Origin: Catajapyx aquilonaris
Taxonomy: Eukaryota
Assembly: GCA_000934665.2 (NCBI GenBank)
Contig: JYFJ02003516.1
Span: 1-40,616 of the forward strand
Length of the DNA stretch: 40,616 bases
Direction of reading: 5' to 3'
Made by a program: the position numbers and the translations under genes. Shown here in pieces: positions 23,451-35,429 of the stretch (positions are counted from its first letter, which is position 1; every line of letters begins with the position of its first letter). The notes under the pieces were generated by a model. That model was not told the DNA's origin. It saw only the letters and a program-made list of their open reading frames with translations, and made no database searches.

Positions 23451-25804
23451 CTATGAATATATTAATCTATTGCTCACGTTGTTATTTTGCGACATGCCCC
23501 TACAGCCATGCTAACTAAATTTATTTGGCTTGATATGCGATTTAGTAATTATTACTGCGTTTCAAATTTGGCTGTAAAATGCTTCAAAATTAATTCCTCC
23601 AAAAACAATCATTGATGGCACAGGCCAGCTAACGGGTATTACTATACACAAACATTATATCGCTCTGATGTTATTAGTTCCTATAGTACAGTTTTATCAA
23701 CTTATCAGTATAAATAATAATTATTCTATTAGGGCGGGTAGCACCTAACTCAGTGAAATTTTGTTGTCAAAAATTAGTAACAAGAAAAATCCGGCCTGAT
23801 TTCACAATTTTTTTTGTTATAAATTATTCACGTATTGGTTGTCGACGTTTAATAACAAGCCTAAAACTGAAGACCTTTCAAGAGAAAAATGTAAATGTGA
23901 GGTGCACTTCCTTTGCAAGGTGTCGAGTAATAAACTGTTTAAATTTAATCACCTGAAATTGCGAAACCCCGTATAACATGACGAAAATTTTCCAACTGCA
24001 ATAGCATACCGATAAGCGGCTTATTGCAACATATATGAGAATGGAGGCTCATATCACCTATATATGCAATGAAAAGCAAAATGCAACAGTATAACTATTT
24101 CCATGGGAGAGTAGGCCTGCACTTTCAAGGACGCAAGGTAAAACGTACAAATTCTGTCAAATTTTTGCTGCAGTCTTTGTCAGATGACCTGTGAACTATT
24201 CACACTTGAGCACATTATGCAGCAACATTAACACCGGAGATAATATAGCCCTGATGTAAGAGCTTGTGTCGTGTGGTGGATTTCCTTCTTCTTTATCCTT
24301 GAAGCTTCTGTACTTTGTGGTCTTACGTTGCTTGAAAGGTTAGATTCAACAAGTCTCTCACACACTTTAAAAACAACAGAAAGTGAATTTGCTCATGTGA
24401 CTGATTTGCACTGGGTTTTCCCAAAGACGATGTGGCACTGTTGTCGAGAGATCTGGTTCATAATCCGAACACGAATGAATTCCGCGTTTAAAATCGTGAG
24501 ATTCAAATTAAGTGCCGTACAGAAATAAATTATAAAGTACTATAATGAGTATCTCATGCAAACATGCAATAAATGGACACGCGTCTGAAAATTAAGACGA
24601 ACTTTGCGTATAGGATATGCTCACGAAATTGTTTTTGTTGAGATTGCATGACGGCCCATGTTTGCTATACCGGTATCTTTCTCAGGGATGAAAATGAGGC
24701 AACCATTTCTCCCACTTCACGAAATAGGTATTTTACACAGTATTATGTATTCCAGTCCATCATAGTGCGGTATTAAGCAATTAATGCAGTGTTTTTGGAT
24801 GGTTTTTCATCTTCAAACCGTCTATTGCCAGTCGATGCAGTCAGCACACTGTCTTCTCTGTACGACATGTTTCAAGGAAGAAGGATGGGGAAAATAAGGA
24901 AGCAGTTGATGTGCTCCTCCTGAGAGGAAACAATATCTGCTGTATTACCCAGGGGCTGCTCAAAATAATTTTTTGCGCATTATAAAGAATGAAGTTTATT
25001 AAATTGTTGTCATACAAACTACAGAATAAAGCTAAACAATCTACATCACAATGATGGGAGATTCTCATGCATGGTCTGGTGGACCAATTATAATATATAC
25101 ACATGGTTGTCCGAACAAATTGTCCATGAAGTTAGCGGTTTTTGCCACACTTTTTTATTATTATTTTTAAGCAGCTGCTTTCAAATACTTATTATGGCTA
25201 TCAAAGTTGATTATGTTGAATAGAAGCATCCCAAGTTCAGGCCTTGAATTTCGATGAATTTATTACGGAGCGAATAAATGACTCACTTCTCGTTGGAATT
25301 CGAGGTCAGTGATCGAACCCGTTATTTTCCGCCTGGAACTATCTCCTGCGGTTTTAAAAAGCCAACGCCCTTCGAATATTAATAGCTAATATTTTTGAAA
25401 ATCCATGAAAGCAACTGCTTCAAAATAACAACATAGGCAAAATATTAGTAAGTGAAACAAATAATGAGCATGAATCACCATGTATTTTCCGTACCTATAT
25501 GATCATCCGACATGTTCGGGCGCAGATGAACCTGAGGGTCAGGATGAGCTATTTGGCGCACCAAATGTCTACAACTACTGTAATATTAAAATAATGTTTC
25601 CCTCTCCCTCCTCCTCACCCACCCCCAGTTGTGCAAACGGGGCAACAAAAGAAGTCCAGGACTGTTACTCTAAGTACTACTCCATACAATAAGCTAGTTA
25701 ATTCTTGAGCACACCGATGTAAGAGACTAATCCAATATTTTCCAATCAGATAACTCTACCCATTCCTATTATGAAATGAAAATTTTTTCATCACACCCTA
25801 TGAT

Positions 25805-26944
25805 TCATGTAGTATGATCTTTAGGATACGACCGTTGAGAAGAATGCACTCCGGTACTTTTTAACACTTGAATCAAAATCGCTTCTGTTAGTGTATGGAA
25901 CAAACGCGCCACAGGTTTCACCCGACATGCAACGTACAGCCAAAATTTCAACATCTGAAAGCCCATCCACGTGAGCCAGGGAATATTATTGTTGGTATTG
26001 TGCATCAGATCAGTCAAGTTCAACATCCATGCCATGTATGCAAAGATCATTTCTACAGAGTCTGAAAAAATGCCAAAAATAGGTGAAGCATGACGGTAGC
26101 TCTTCAGCACAATCCACAGGAAGAACTCGTTCTCTTGGGTAAGATTCTTCATGTTGGGTATGGCCAGCTTCTCCATAAAACTCCAGACGAGCGACCGCAC
26201 CTCACTTGCACTTCCGGCGCACGGATTGTACCTGTCTTGGACACCCAGGTGATACGCTAACACTCGCCACATGTGCACAAAGTCACCGACTTCTTCTTCA
26301 GTGGCACCGTGGATACCGATCTTCTCAGGTGCGATCATCACTGCGCTGATCAGACCAATGGTCACTGTGGCCAAGTCCATTTGACTCATGTACACTTGGC
26401 CTTCTCCTGGGAGCAGAACAGGGCAGGTCGAAGAGTACCGGTGACCCAGAGCCTCAAAGTCCTTTCGCACAAACTGGGCGAAGTTGCACTTGGCAAAAAT
26501 CTCGGGTTCCTTGGAAGTGTCCAGTTTAGATCGGTCCACCCGTTCCTTGTGCTTGTTGGCGTACCGGCCGAGTCTCCCATGCAGTTGTTGCACATGTTTC
26601 ATGCTCTTGTATGCCGGGTCATCTGGGTTCCAAATGTCACCTTCGTACCAGGTGATAATATGTGAGATGAGACTGAGGCTAAGTCGTGACAGGATCCCCA
26701 GCTTGTCGTACTTCCCGAAAAAGCTCAACACCCGGAACACGGGCATCCAGAACACGGCGTAGAACTGACCCAGAGCGTGTGACCCCACGACCCCACTGAA
26801 GTGCTTCTTGACAAAGTTCTGACCCCGTCGAAACCTGTCTTTGTCCACCCAGGATGGAGGCTCGTCCACCGAATGAATCTGATCGTGAGGAACATATACA
26901 CCTTTCAAGTAATGTTCCACTGTTGTAGGGAAGGACTGTTCCAT
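25805..26944 (-). CDS. MpaB/rubber oxygenase (Lcp-like, DUF2236) family protein, paralogue B, 379 aa, single coding exon
   Basis: ORF 25805..26986. Likely start MEQSFP at 26944. Aligns end to end with paralogue A: PSWVDKDRFRRGQNF, HIITWYEGD, HVQQLH, YMSQMDLA, PEKIGIHGATEEEVGDFVHMWRVLAYHLGVQDRYNPC. Confidence 0.85.
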   Translation of the reverse strand: MEQSFPTTVEHYLKGVYVPHDQIHSVDEPPSWVDKDRFRRGQNFVKKHFSGVVGSHALGQFYAVFWMPVFRVLSFFGKYDKLGILSRLSLSLISHIITWYEGDIWNPDDPAYKSMKHVQQLHGRLGRYANKHKERVDRSKLDTSKEPEIFAKCNFAQFVRKDFEALGHRYSSTCPVLLPGEGQVYMSQMDLATVTIGLISAVMIAPEKIGIHGATEEEVGDFVHMWRVLAYHLGVQDRYNPCAGSASEVRSLVWSFMEKLAIPNMKNLTQENEFFLWIVLKSYRHASPIFGIFSDSVEMIFAYMAWMLNLTDLMHNTNNNIPWLTWMGFQMLKFWLYVACRVKPVARLFHTLTEAILIQVLKSTGVHSSQRSYPKDHTT

Positions 26945-27016
26945 TGTGACGATGTGTGACACCCTGTACAGGTCGGAGATGTGCAAGCCAAGTGATACGC
27001 TGACTGAAGATGCTAC

Positions 27017-27027
27017 TTATATATATA
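27017..27027 (-). promoter_or_regulatory. Candidate TATA box for oxygenase paralogue B
   Basis: Minus strand CTATATATATAAG about 75-85 bp upstream of the ATG at 26944, followed by TCAGT and TCACTT Inr-like motifs. Positional inference only. Confidence 0.35.
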
Positions 27028-27549
27028 GGGTGCATCTAGATCCAGGGTTGAGGCAGGTCCAGGTATAGTAATTTTGAGACCTTGAAAATATTCCCAAAGT
27101 GTGGTTGCCCTCTGAAAATGCGATAATGAGAACCTTGGAAATGAGCTGGAGGTAATAGGTAAGAAACCAGTCCTTACTTCTGATTTAGTGAACTGCGATT
27201 TGCAAAAAATACCCAAAGTTGCGTGATGGGGGAATACAATCATGTGTAATCTATTTTGAGTGAAGGTCAGACTTGAGTCCGAAGAAAGAACTTCTGAAAA
27301 CTCTGTGAGTCCGTTGGCATTATTTTCCCCTCGGTTGGTGGTGGATGAGAACGGAAGTCGATCAAGTTGATAAATAATTATCGTCAACAACATTGCGAAA
27401 GTGATATACACTTGAATGAAAGAGACCTATATACAGTATAGGACTATAATTGGCATATCTTGATCTATTAATATACCGTATACTTGATCCTGCGTAAGTA
27501 TAAGCTATGTAGGGTTTAATGATCTTTCAATTCTTTATAACAAAATATA

Positions 27550-27918
27550 CAGGGTGGGGGAAAAGGTGTGTTCATTAGCTCGGGTTAAGATTATTATTCT
27601 CGAATATTCTAAGTCGTAATAATTATAGCTTCTTTGATATTGGGTCTTCACTCTGGAGATAATAATATATGGTGATTTTTGTTTTTATCTCTAGGGGTAA
27701 GGGAGGTAACATCCTGCGGTGGGTTAGTAGGCGACCCAGGCATTCCCTATAATTGGGGAGGATGATACCTGTTATCCACATGCTTATGTCAAAATAAAAT
27801 TGCCATGCGATTATCTACATAATGAAGCCGAAATATTCAATAGGAACTATAATTTCATCTTAGTAATTTGCAAGGAGGCAAAATTCGAGGAAAAATTCGC
27901 CCCTTTTCCACCACTCTG
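27550..27918. mobile_element. Tc1/mariner-type MITE (degenerate)
   Basis: TA|CAGGGTGGGGGAAAAGG ... CCTTTTCCACCACTCTG|TA. Confidence 0.65.
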
Positions 27919-29301
27919 TATTTAAGCGGCTATAAAGGGCAAGGTAGGGCAAATGTAGGCAACAATAATATTATTGTCACAACTTTTAACCAGGGAAATA
28001 TTGTGTAGCGATTTTTATAGCAACTTCCTGCAAGTAAGGAAAACAATTACTGCAGGCATAGATTGCATGCTTAGTGAATGTTTAATATTAAAAATATATA
28101 TTTACCATCAACGTAAACAAGTCTTAATCACACTGCATTCTGCATGTTGCACAAGTTTACGAACCGACATGCTCTTTTCAATGCAGACAATTTCTCAAGC
28201 TTAATTCCTTACTGCATATTCCATTTCCCGAGGTCCCTCGTATTAAAAAGTACTATAGGCCTAGTTATTTACTTGAACTTTACCAGGGCGTGATAATATG
28301 GTTAGAGGCCATAGGAATTGTTTTTGTCTCAATAACCTGCCTGAGAAACTCACTTGCACATGCCTAAGAAACACGACAAGGTAAACGCATCTACGGCATA
28401 TAACGGAGTCACGATGTGAGTGATGAAAATTGCACTTCTCAGGAGAGGCTAATGGCCCTCAATAGATTCTGAAATTAGCTTGGGTATAATGCCATTTAGG
28501 CATTTATTTGTAAAAATTTCGAACTCGGTAGGCCTATAACTGTATAAGACTTGCAATATAGACTATAGCACATAACCGGTAAGTCTAACATCAGAGGAAG
28601 CAGGACAACACCTTTTGACATGTGCATCATTCTGCATAATACATAATTATTATTATCCCAGCCTTTTTTGGTGTAGTTGGCCTTATTGTTAGAAGGTATA
28701 ATCAAAATTTTTAAATTAGTGTCTTTTTGTGATCTCGGCCGGAGAAGGCATATTCATTGTTTTTTTCCGCACAACATTAGTAATTTGTAATGATTCAGAA
28801 CCTGGAATATTCCCTTAGGTGTCACTGTCGATGATTATGATAATGATCGTAATAATAAAGACCTTGAATACGGTTCAAGGAGACACGTGAGATGAATCGC
28901 ATTGCACCATACAATTTTTGTTGAGGCAGGCTCCAGTGTTTCGCATGAGGGGGCATCGTGTGTATGACATTCAGAGGTCAATGGGAATATATTCAATGTT
29001 TCACGGAGAAAAGTTAATAAGAGATGATAGAAATCTCACGAAGGTTTATTTTTTAGTAGTTGTCAAGGTGGCTGGTATTACTTTTTATATTCAAAGTATA
29101 GATACAGGGTGTTTCTTACTTGGGCTCTCTGTCCGGTATAAATATTAATCTACTGATGCCAGAGTAAATATTCCATATTTGATTGAAATATTGACAGCGC
29201 CTCGTCCCTTCCGACTCCTCCAAGGCGTTGTACAGTACTGCACGTCAGTCATTGATTGTCCCCTGGCGAATGAGAGGGTGGAAATATCCTTAGAAGAAAA
29301 T

Positions 29302-32300
29302 ATGAAGAGGCTGTCGTGGTTGATTCTTCCCGCTGTGGCTATCGCTATCCCTTGGATGAGTCCGGCTCAAAAGGAGGAAAAAATGACAAAGTACTTAGTG
29401 AACATAACCAGGACAATGCAAGTGCATCAGTGCACGTTGGCCATCTTATCCGATACCCTTCAATTTCTGACATCCTTGCAGTTCCTCAATATTTATCGCC
29501 CGGTATTACTGCAATACCTGCCCGTACAACACTCATCAGGAAATGTTTCCCTCACAGTCACGACCAGGCCCACAACATCTCAATGCATTATGGTAGCTAT
29601 TGTTGCCAAATGTGAAGCATCGTTGCATACCTTGGTCACATTGTGGGACCAAATATATGACGGGAGAATTTCACATCATTTCTGCGTCTTGTATAACCCA
29701 ACAAATGGTACGTCCGAATCATTTCTGGTCCATCCTGCTGCTCAACGGTTCAAGTATAAGGTGGCGTTGGACGAGATGGATGTCAGCAGTGCTGGATGCC
29801 TAGGATGTCATATCCAGCTGACCAGTCGCTGTTGTTGCTGCTGTTCCAACGGTGGTGAGAGTAACATGTACCAATATGTCAACTATGTGCCTCGGAACAG
29901 TGTTGTCTTTATCGACTGGACTCGAAATTTGAACAAGATCAAGTTGAAGGTTCTCTCTAGGTACGCGATGGAGGATATAGTATCTTGGCTGGGGTTCACA
30001 GCGGTAGGTTTATTTTAATTATTTCAAATATGAAAGTGTTGCTTATGAAACTTGAGCATTTTCTGTGCATAGGGTGAGCAGAACGAATAGTTAGAGCGTA
30101 AATCATCTTACCTCAACATACACAGTGTTGTGAAAAATTAATGCAACCCCTTGGATTTGCTAATTTTATTTTTTATGGAGTAAAACAACAATTACAGTTG
30201 AATAATATTATTTTATACCTTTTACAGCATAAGCATGCTTTCAAAGTAACTGCAACGGCAGAGGCTCATGATTGTGGTCTAAGGCAGGTCTAGTATTGCC
30301 ACGGGGTGGCAGAGCTTTCAAACGGGACTGAAACTTCCTCATTAATGTCCGTGGTTCACCATATCTGATGGCAGAGATCGTGAAACACAATTGTTCATGG
30401 GAATTAATCAAAATAAAATGAAGGAAAACCTCTATTTAGCAGACCCTGAGCACCATTCCGGTATACCCTTTCTTGATTTCAATGCAAGATTGTCAGTGTA
30501 TTTATGTTTCTTGTTATGTAAATCTGTTCTGTACTAAATCTTTATGTGGAAAAGACTGATTCCGGTAGAGACAGAAGCAATAGTCTAGTTGTGGCAATTA
30601 TTGTGAATGTGTGCACTGTACCTTGCTGGGTGTGATGAAGCAGCAGCATTATTACAACGCACCATGTTGGATAATTATTTCCATTAGAGAGGAAACTATG
30701 ACGATATCAGATTCTTTAATACTGCCAGAAGTGATGTTTATGACTCAATCAGACTGCAAAGCTTGGAGTAGTGAATCACTTTATTCGGCCTGATATTAGC
30801 ATCTTATATAGTTTTAATAACAATGAAAAGTAGTTGTGCAAAGGTAACTGCTTAAAATTAATCAGTTTAGTGCCAAAAATTTCTAATAAATATGGATATT
30901 CAGTTGGAACACTCTGTAGAGTGCAATCATGACATCAGTTGTCAATCTCTTTTCAATATATGCCATTTTTATTGACACAATGCCCGTTGTGGTCGATATT
31001 ATTGCTTTGATAAAATAATGACAGACACAATGCCGTCGTTAATGTCAGCTTTAAAGAACATTATTCTTTTGTAAACACTTCATCCTGTTAGCGTGACAAA
31101 TGTCAACCAGTACACATGCTTGTCTAGGCTACATCTCATTAAATGAGGCTTTATTGACATATCCATCGATATTGAGACTTTAGGAAACAATTTACACATA
31201 ACTGATCTCTTAACGTACCGTTGTACTGAGTTTAGTTTGTCACATGTAGCACACTGAACTTATCGTAATCCTATACCATTGCTTCTGAGCTATTAGTGCT
31301 GTATATTACAATGAAAACTGGCTAATTCCATACAAAAGTATACAACAGGGTCAGATTTTAAAATAAATAATTTCTACAATATTGTGGTCTTTTCTGAACG
31401 CTAAGATTGTGTATTTTTTTATTTTTGAAGAAATATTAGAGAATTTTCACATACATTCAAGTTAACAACACTGTTTATTTCCAATATGGCAGGTGTGCAT
31501 TTCTTTGTTCTGAGGCTCCACATAAATCTTCATAATTCAACAAGTAATATTTTTATTTATTTTTATTTATTTTACGTACCCCTTGATGGCCCTCTATGGG
31601 CCTTTCGGGGGGTGGCAGACCACCATACAGTTTTCTGTTAACTTCAGTCTCCGTGCAAGGAATACTAGGATATACATATAGGGTAAGGAAAGGGATTGTT
31701 GGGGAGGGGACACTTGTGCAGGTGCATTGTCCTATGGCTTTTGGGCCATGTGCAGTCCCCCAGGAGGTTAGGTTGCCAGACACCTCCTTGGTGCAGGTCA
31801 GAGACCCTCCCGACGCAGGTGAAAGGAAGGTTCCCCAGGCGGGGATCGAACCTGGGGCCTTTCACTCAGCAAGCCGTGACGTTACCATCACGGCCACCAC
31901 ACCTCCCCTCAACAAGTAATATGACTCATTCAGCATAAAAATGAGCACTTTAATACATTAAAAGTGCTCATTTTTATGCTGAATGAGTCATTGCAGTGCA
32001 AAGATATGGAAAGTATATTTGAACCTTTTTCAACTTTTTAGCTCTGTAGTACCAAAATCTAAAAGTTGATATTAATTACCTTCTCACTACACTGTTAGTA
32101 AACCCTTCAAATAATAACATTTTTGAAGTAATTTATGTTTTAATATTGTTATGGCCATTTAATTGTTGTCGTGTAATCACGTTTACGCTCGGATGTCTGT
32201 CACTATTGTTTCCCAGTAACAGTAACTAAAATGACACTGAATCATGGATAGGTACTGTACAATACTTCAGCTCACTTCCTCAATTGATAAAGATACACCA

Positions 32301-33797
32301 CTAGAGGACGTTATTATGGTCTGTTTGCATGTGTGTGTTGTATAAGTTCTCTATAAGTGTATACCGCACTGTAAAAGTGTAAACAATGGGAGTAGTGAGC
32401 AGAAAAATGCCTACGCTTCAGGATGAGATGCAATGTGGGTTGCGTGAATGTGTGGGGGGCATGCAAGTTGCGTCGTCATTTGAAGACGTGACCGGTTGCT
32501 GCCACAATGCTTTTGTCACCTTTATATTTTGTAACCTATTTACCTTGAGTTAAGGAATATATTAGCAGCTGGATGACACTACCCTTTCAAACAACCTTCA
32601 CTAAGGTCCGGTAGCACCATATAGCTACAAAGTTGGAAATCCCGTGGTTGAAAGCTATATAATTTTCAGGATTCTAATATTGCTATAATTATGCATTCAC
32701 AGGACTATATCAATGGGCTCAAAGGCGTCTCATTGGAGGAAGGGCTGTGGAACAGGAAGGTGGACATATCCCTAACAACGGCTATGGTTTCGGAGAGGAT
32801 GTCAAAGGTCGACTATACTTCATCCCCGCTGGACATCTCTCATGTCATCTTCAGTGTCAAGCGACCCAAAGTCCACTTCCGCTTGTCAACGCTGCTGCTT
32901 CCCTTCACCTTCCCAGTGTGGGTCACACTCGCTGCGACATTTGTCATTGTTGTCGTCGTCTTCACCATACGGTACCGGTGCAAGCGTTGGCCATTTCGGG
33001 TTCTAATCCCGCCACTGATGGATCAAGGCGGAGCTCGGGTACATCCTGACATTATTTTAGCCATGTGGTACCTTTTCTGCCTGGTGATGGGCACCGTGTA
33101 TAAGGGACGACTGGTGTCCCTACTGAATGCCCCTGGTAGCCCCGATGACGACGTACCACGCAGCTTCAGGCAGTTGTCTACCAGCGACTACAAGTGGGGT
33201 GGTGCACAGCCTAAAACTGGAGGTATCGCACGTATCCTAGAAGCAATCCAGGAACCGTACATGGCAACTGTGGTGAGGGGCTGGAAGGCCATGCACAACA
33301 CGAAGAGTTGCCTAGCCAGGACACTTCAGGATCGGTTCGTGTGTATCACCACCGATGTCCTGAGACCAGAGACATTCCCGGAGGGGTTCTTCGGGTGCGA
33401 CGGACAACTCAGGTTTATCAGTGTGGTGCCTGACGATGGCGTGTTCGTCGCAACTGCGATTGCTGTGAGGAAAGACTCGTTGTACCTAGATACTCTGAGC
33501 AGAAGCGTGATGAACTTCCAGGCTTCTGGGTTTCCTAACCATCGGCTTGCCTTGATCAATATCCTCAATGATTTAAGAATTCACAGTTTTGTCACCCGGG
33601 GGGGATGCTCCGGTGACCTACGTCATATGCCATCCCAATCGTGGAATCTGAAAAAGCTGCAAGTTGCTTTTGCTGCACTAATTGCTGGTTTGTCTTCTGG
33701 CTTTGGAATCCTCATTGTCGAACTTGTAACCAAGGTTGATTTTCGAACTGGAACCAGGTTGAGGTCAGGAGTTGTTGTCATTCATTTCCGTGCATAA
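29302..33797 (+). CDS. Divergent ionotropic receptor (IR; iGluR-related chemoreceptor), ~609 aa, 2 exons
   Basis: Exon 1 29302-30003 (signal peptide MKRLSWLILPAVAIA; donor GCG|GTAGGT, phase 0). Exon 2 32670-33797 (acceptor TTTTCAG|GAT, phase 0). Motifs: DWTRNLNKIKLKV, S1 KVDISL...SERMSKVDYTSSPL, pre-M1/M1 LLLPFTFPVWVTL, M2-M3 ILAMWYLFCLVMGTVYKGRLVSLL, S2 AIAVRKDSLYLDTLSRSVMNFQASG, M4 LKKLQVAFAALIAGL...ILIVEL. Confidence 0.88.
31551..31908 (-). mobile_element. Full-length tRNA-derived SINE with (AAAT)-rich tail and 14-bp TSD, in the IR intron
   Basis: Minus-strand head GGGGAGGTGTGGTGGCCGTGATGGTAACG...CAGGTTCGATCCCC (A and B boxes). Tail AAAATAAATAAAAATAAATAAAA. TSD TCAACAAGTAATAT at 31537-31550 and 31909-31922. 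Confidence 0.92.
31921..31991. repeat. Perfect 31-bp inverted repeat with 9-nt loop
   Basis: ATGACTCATTCAGCATAAAAATGAGCACTTT-AATACATTA-AAAGTGCTCATTTTTATGCTGAATGAGTCAT. Confidence 0.92.
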
Positions 33798-34247
33798 CCT
33801 TATATTATTCGTGTTAGATGTGATATAGAATTATATTAGTTATTATACATTTTCACCTGCATAAAACCGAAAGGGTGAAATTACAGGCTAAATTCTTGCC
33901 TTGTTTTTGTGTGCAAAAGTTACATTTTCATATGAAATTTTTGCAAGAACGAAAACAGTCAGAATCTATTTTTACAAATAGCTAGCAACTAGTTGTGTTC
34001 TCTATATGATGGCATTATTCACAAAAAATGGAGTTTTAGAATTTTACACAATCTCTGCACTGGGATAAAGTAATTATAACTATACCAATAAATTCCTGAC
34101 AGTGTACACACTGCTTACTTGGAAGTTGCTACCCTTTCAGGTAAAAATTATGATATACCGTATTGTATATTTATAGATCAAGAAGCACAAGGCAATAAAG
34201 TTAGTGTCAATAAATACTACGAGCATTACTAAGGCATTATCAAGTAT

Positions 34248-34351
34248 CAGGAAACTGTCACTCGAAGGTCATTTTTTGCCTCTAAATTTTCGTTTTATTG
34301 ACTGCCTCTGTACCCTTTTTCAGTGAAAAGGGTTCGAGTGACAGTTTCCTG
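34248..34351. mobile_element. Small MITE-like element with 19-bp perfect terminal inverted repeats
   Basis: CAGGAAACTGTCACTCGAA ... TTCGAGTGACAGTTTCCTG. No TSD evident. Confidence 0.65.
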
Positions 34352-35251
34352 TGCAACATAGTCTGAAGAGTGCTAGTTGTGCTAACAAAGTGCATTAGAA
34401 CGCTGCCCCAGGTTTGGATGAGTTTAACAATGATTACCTTCATCGTGCAACATTTTGTGCATCCACATGCATCGCTTCTGTATCAGTGCCGTTTCTGTCG
34501 ACTCCTATCTTGAATCAAGTTAACTTAAAAATAATGTAGGTGTACCGGTATGTGGAGGTTGAATGTATCATTGAATCACGCGTTCTTCCTGTTTTCTCAT
34601 CAAAAACCAGAATTCTGTGGATGATGATGAGCCACTGGCTGGTTTATTTACATATATTACACTATAAACAGGAACATGACGTCCTCGATGTGTTATTCGC
34701 GGCCCTGATTAAGCAACAGCGTCTAGCTTTTCTAGAAGTTTCGAGGAAATTGCTACACATTTGGCCCCCGGCCTTAGCTTAATTAGAGGCAACTTAGACA
34801 TGGCTTTTTTTTTGCTTTATCTGCAAAAACCAATTTTTGAAACGCATTACATCGATAACCTACCTACTGTATATTTACGTACAAAATTACACAGATTATT
34901 ATCTTGATTATGCATGATGCATATTAAGCAGGTTTACACGTCTGCGTTATTCCCCACTAATATTACAAACTAGTTGGGGAAAATACACGTAAACATAAGT
35001 TATCGCTGTTGGGGGATTTTAAGTACTGAGAAATATGCAATAGTTGACAAGAGTAATAACAACAGCGCATTTTCACAACTGCTAAGAATGAAACTGATTA
35101 GGCAAAACATGATGTGCTACAATCTCTCTACCGTCGTAAGAATTAACTCAATTTGTAATGAAATAGCAGATTTTTTTATTTAGTTATTGTCTAAAATTTT
35201 GCCTTTGAAACCGACCTTACACCGTTACACATGTTTATAATATTGAGATTG

Positions 35252-35429
35252 GGCCCTGTGGTTTTCCACGGTCCCCCCAGGATAATTCCGGGGTTGTTTC
35301 CGTATAATAGGCCACAGCCGCTTCCTTCCTTCCCTATATCCTTGGCCCCATCCAATGGTGGTACTCCACCTCCCTAATGGAGCGCCGATTCTCCCAATGG
35401 GGTATAAATAAATAAAAATAAATAAATAC
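35252..35429 (+). mobile_element. 5'-truncated SINE sharing the central core with the 23116-23450 SINE; 12-bp TSD
   Basis: Core GTGGTTTTCCACGGTCCCCCCAGGATAATTCCGGG...AGGCCACAGCCGCTTCCTTCCTTCCCTAT. (AAAT)n tail. TSD ATATTGAGATTG at 35240-35251 and 35430-35441. Confidence 0.88.

Noticed and set aside
20587..26944. Recent bacterial horizontal transfer of the intronless oxygenases
   Set aside because: Motifs (W.D..RF.RGQ, WYEGD, PEK.GIH.A.EEE...F.H.WR.LGY.LG..D.YN.C) match the animal/arthropod subfamily as I know it. Lack of introns alone is insufficient; a phylogeny would be needed.
29797..29812. CxxCH c-type haem attachment motif in the IR
   Set aside because: Secretory-pathway animal proteins are not substrates for cytochrome c haem lyase; the motif is expected by chance in a Cys-rich patch.
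29960..29966. IR exon-1 donor at CTAG|GTACGC
   Set aside because: Phase 2 here would hit a stop after the 32669 acceptor. The donor at 30003 (GCG|GTAGGT) keeps the frame.
30122..30920. Tc1-like element starting CAGTGTTGTGAAAAATTAATGCAACCCCTTG
   Set aside because: Only one terminus-like motif; no matching inverted end or transposase remnant recognised.
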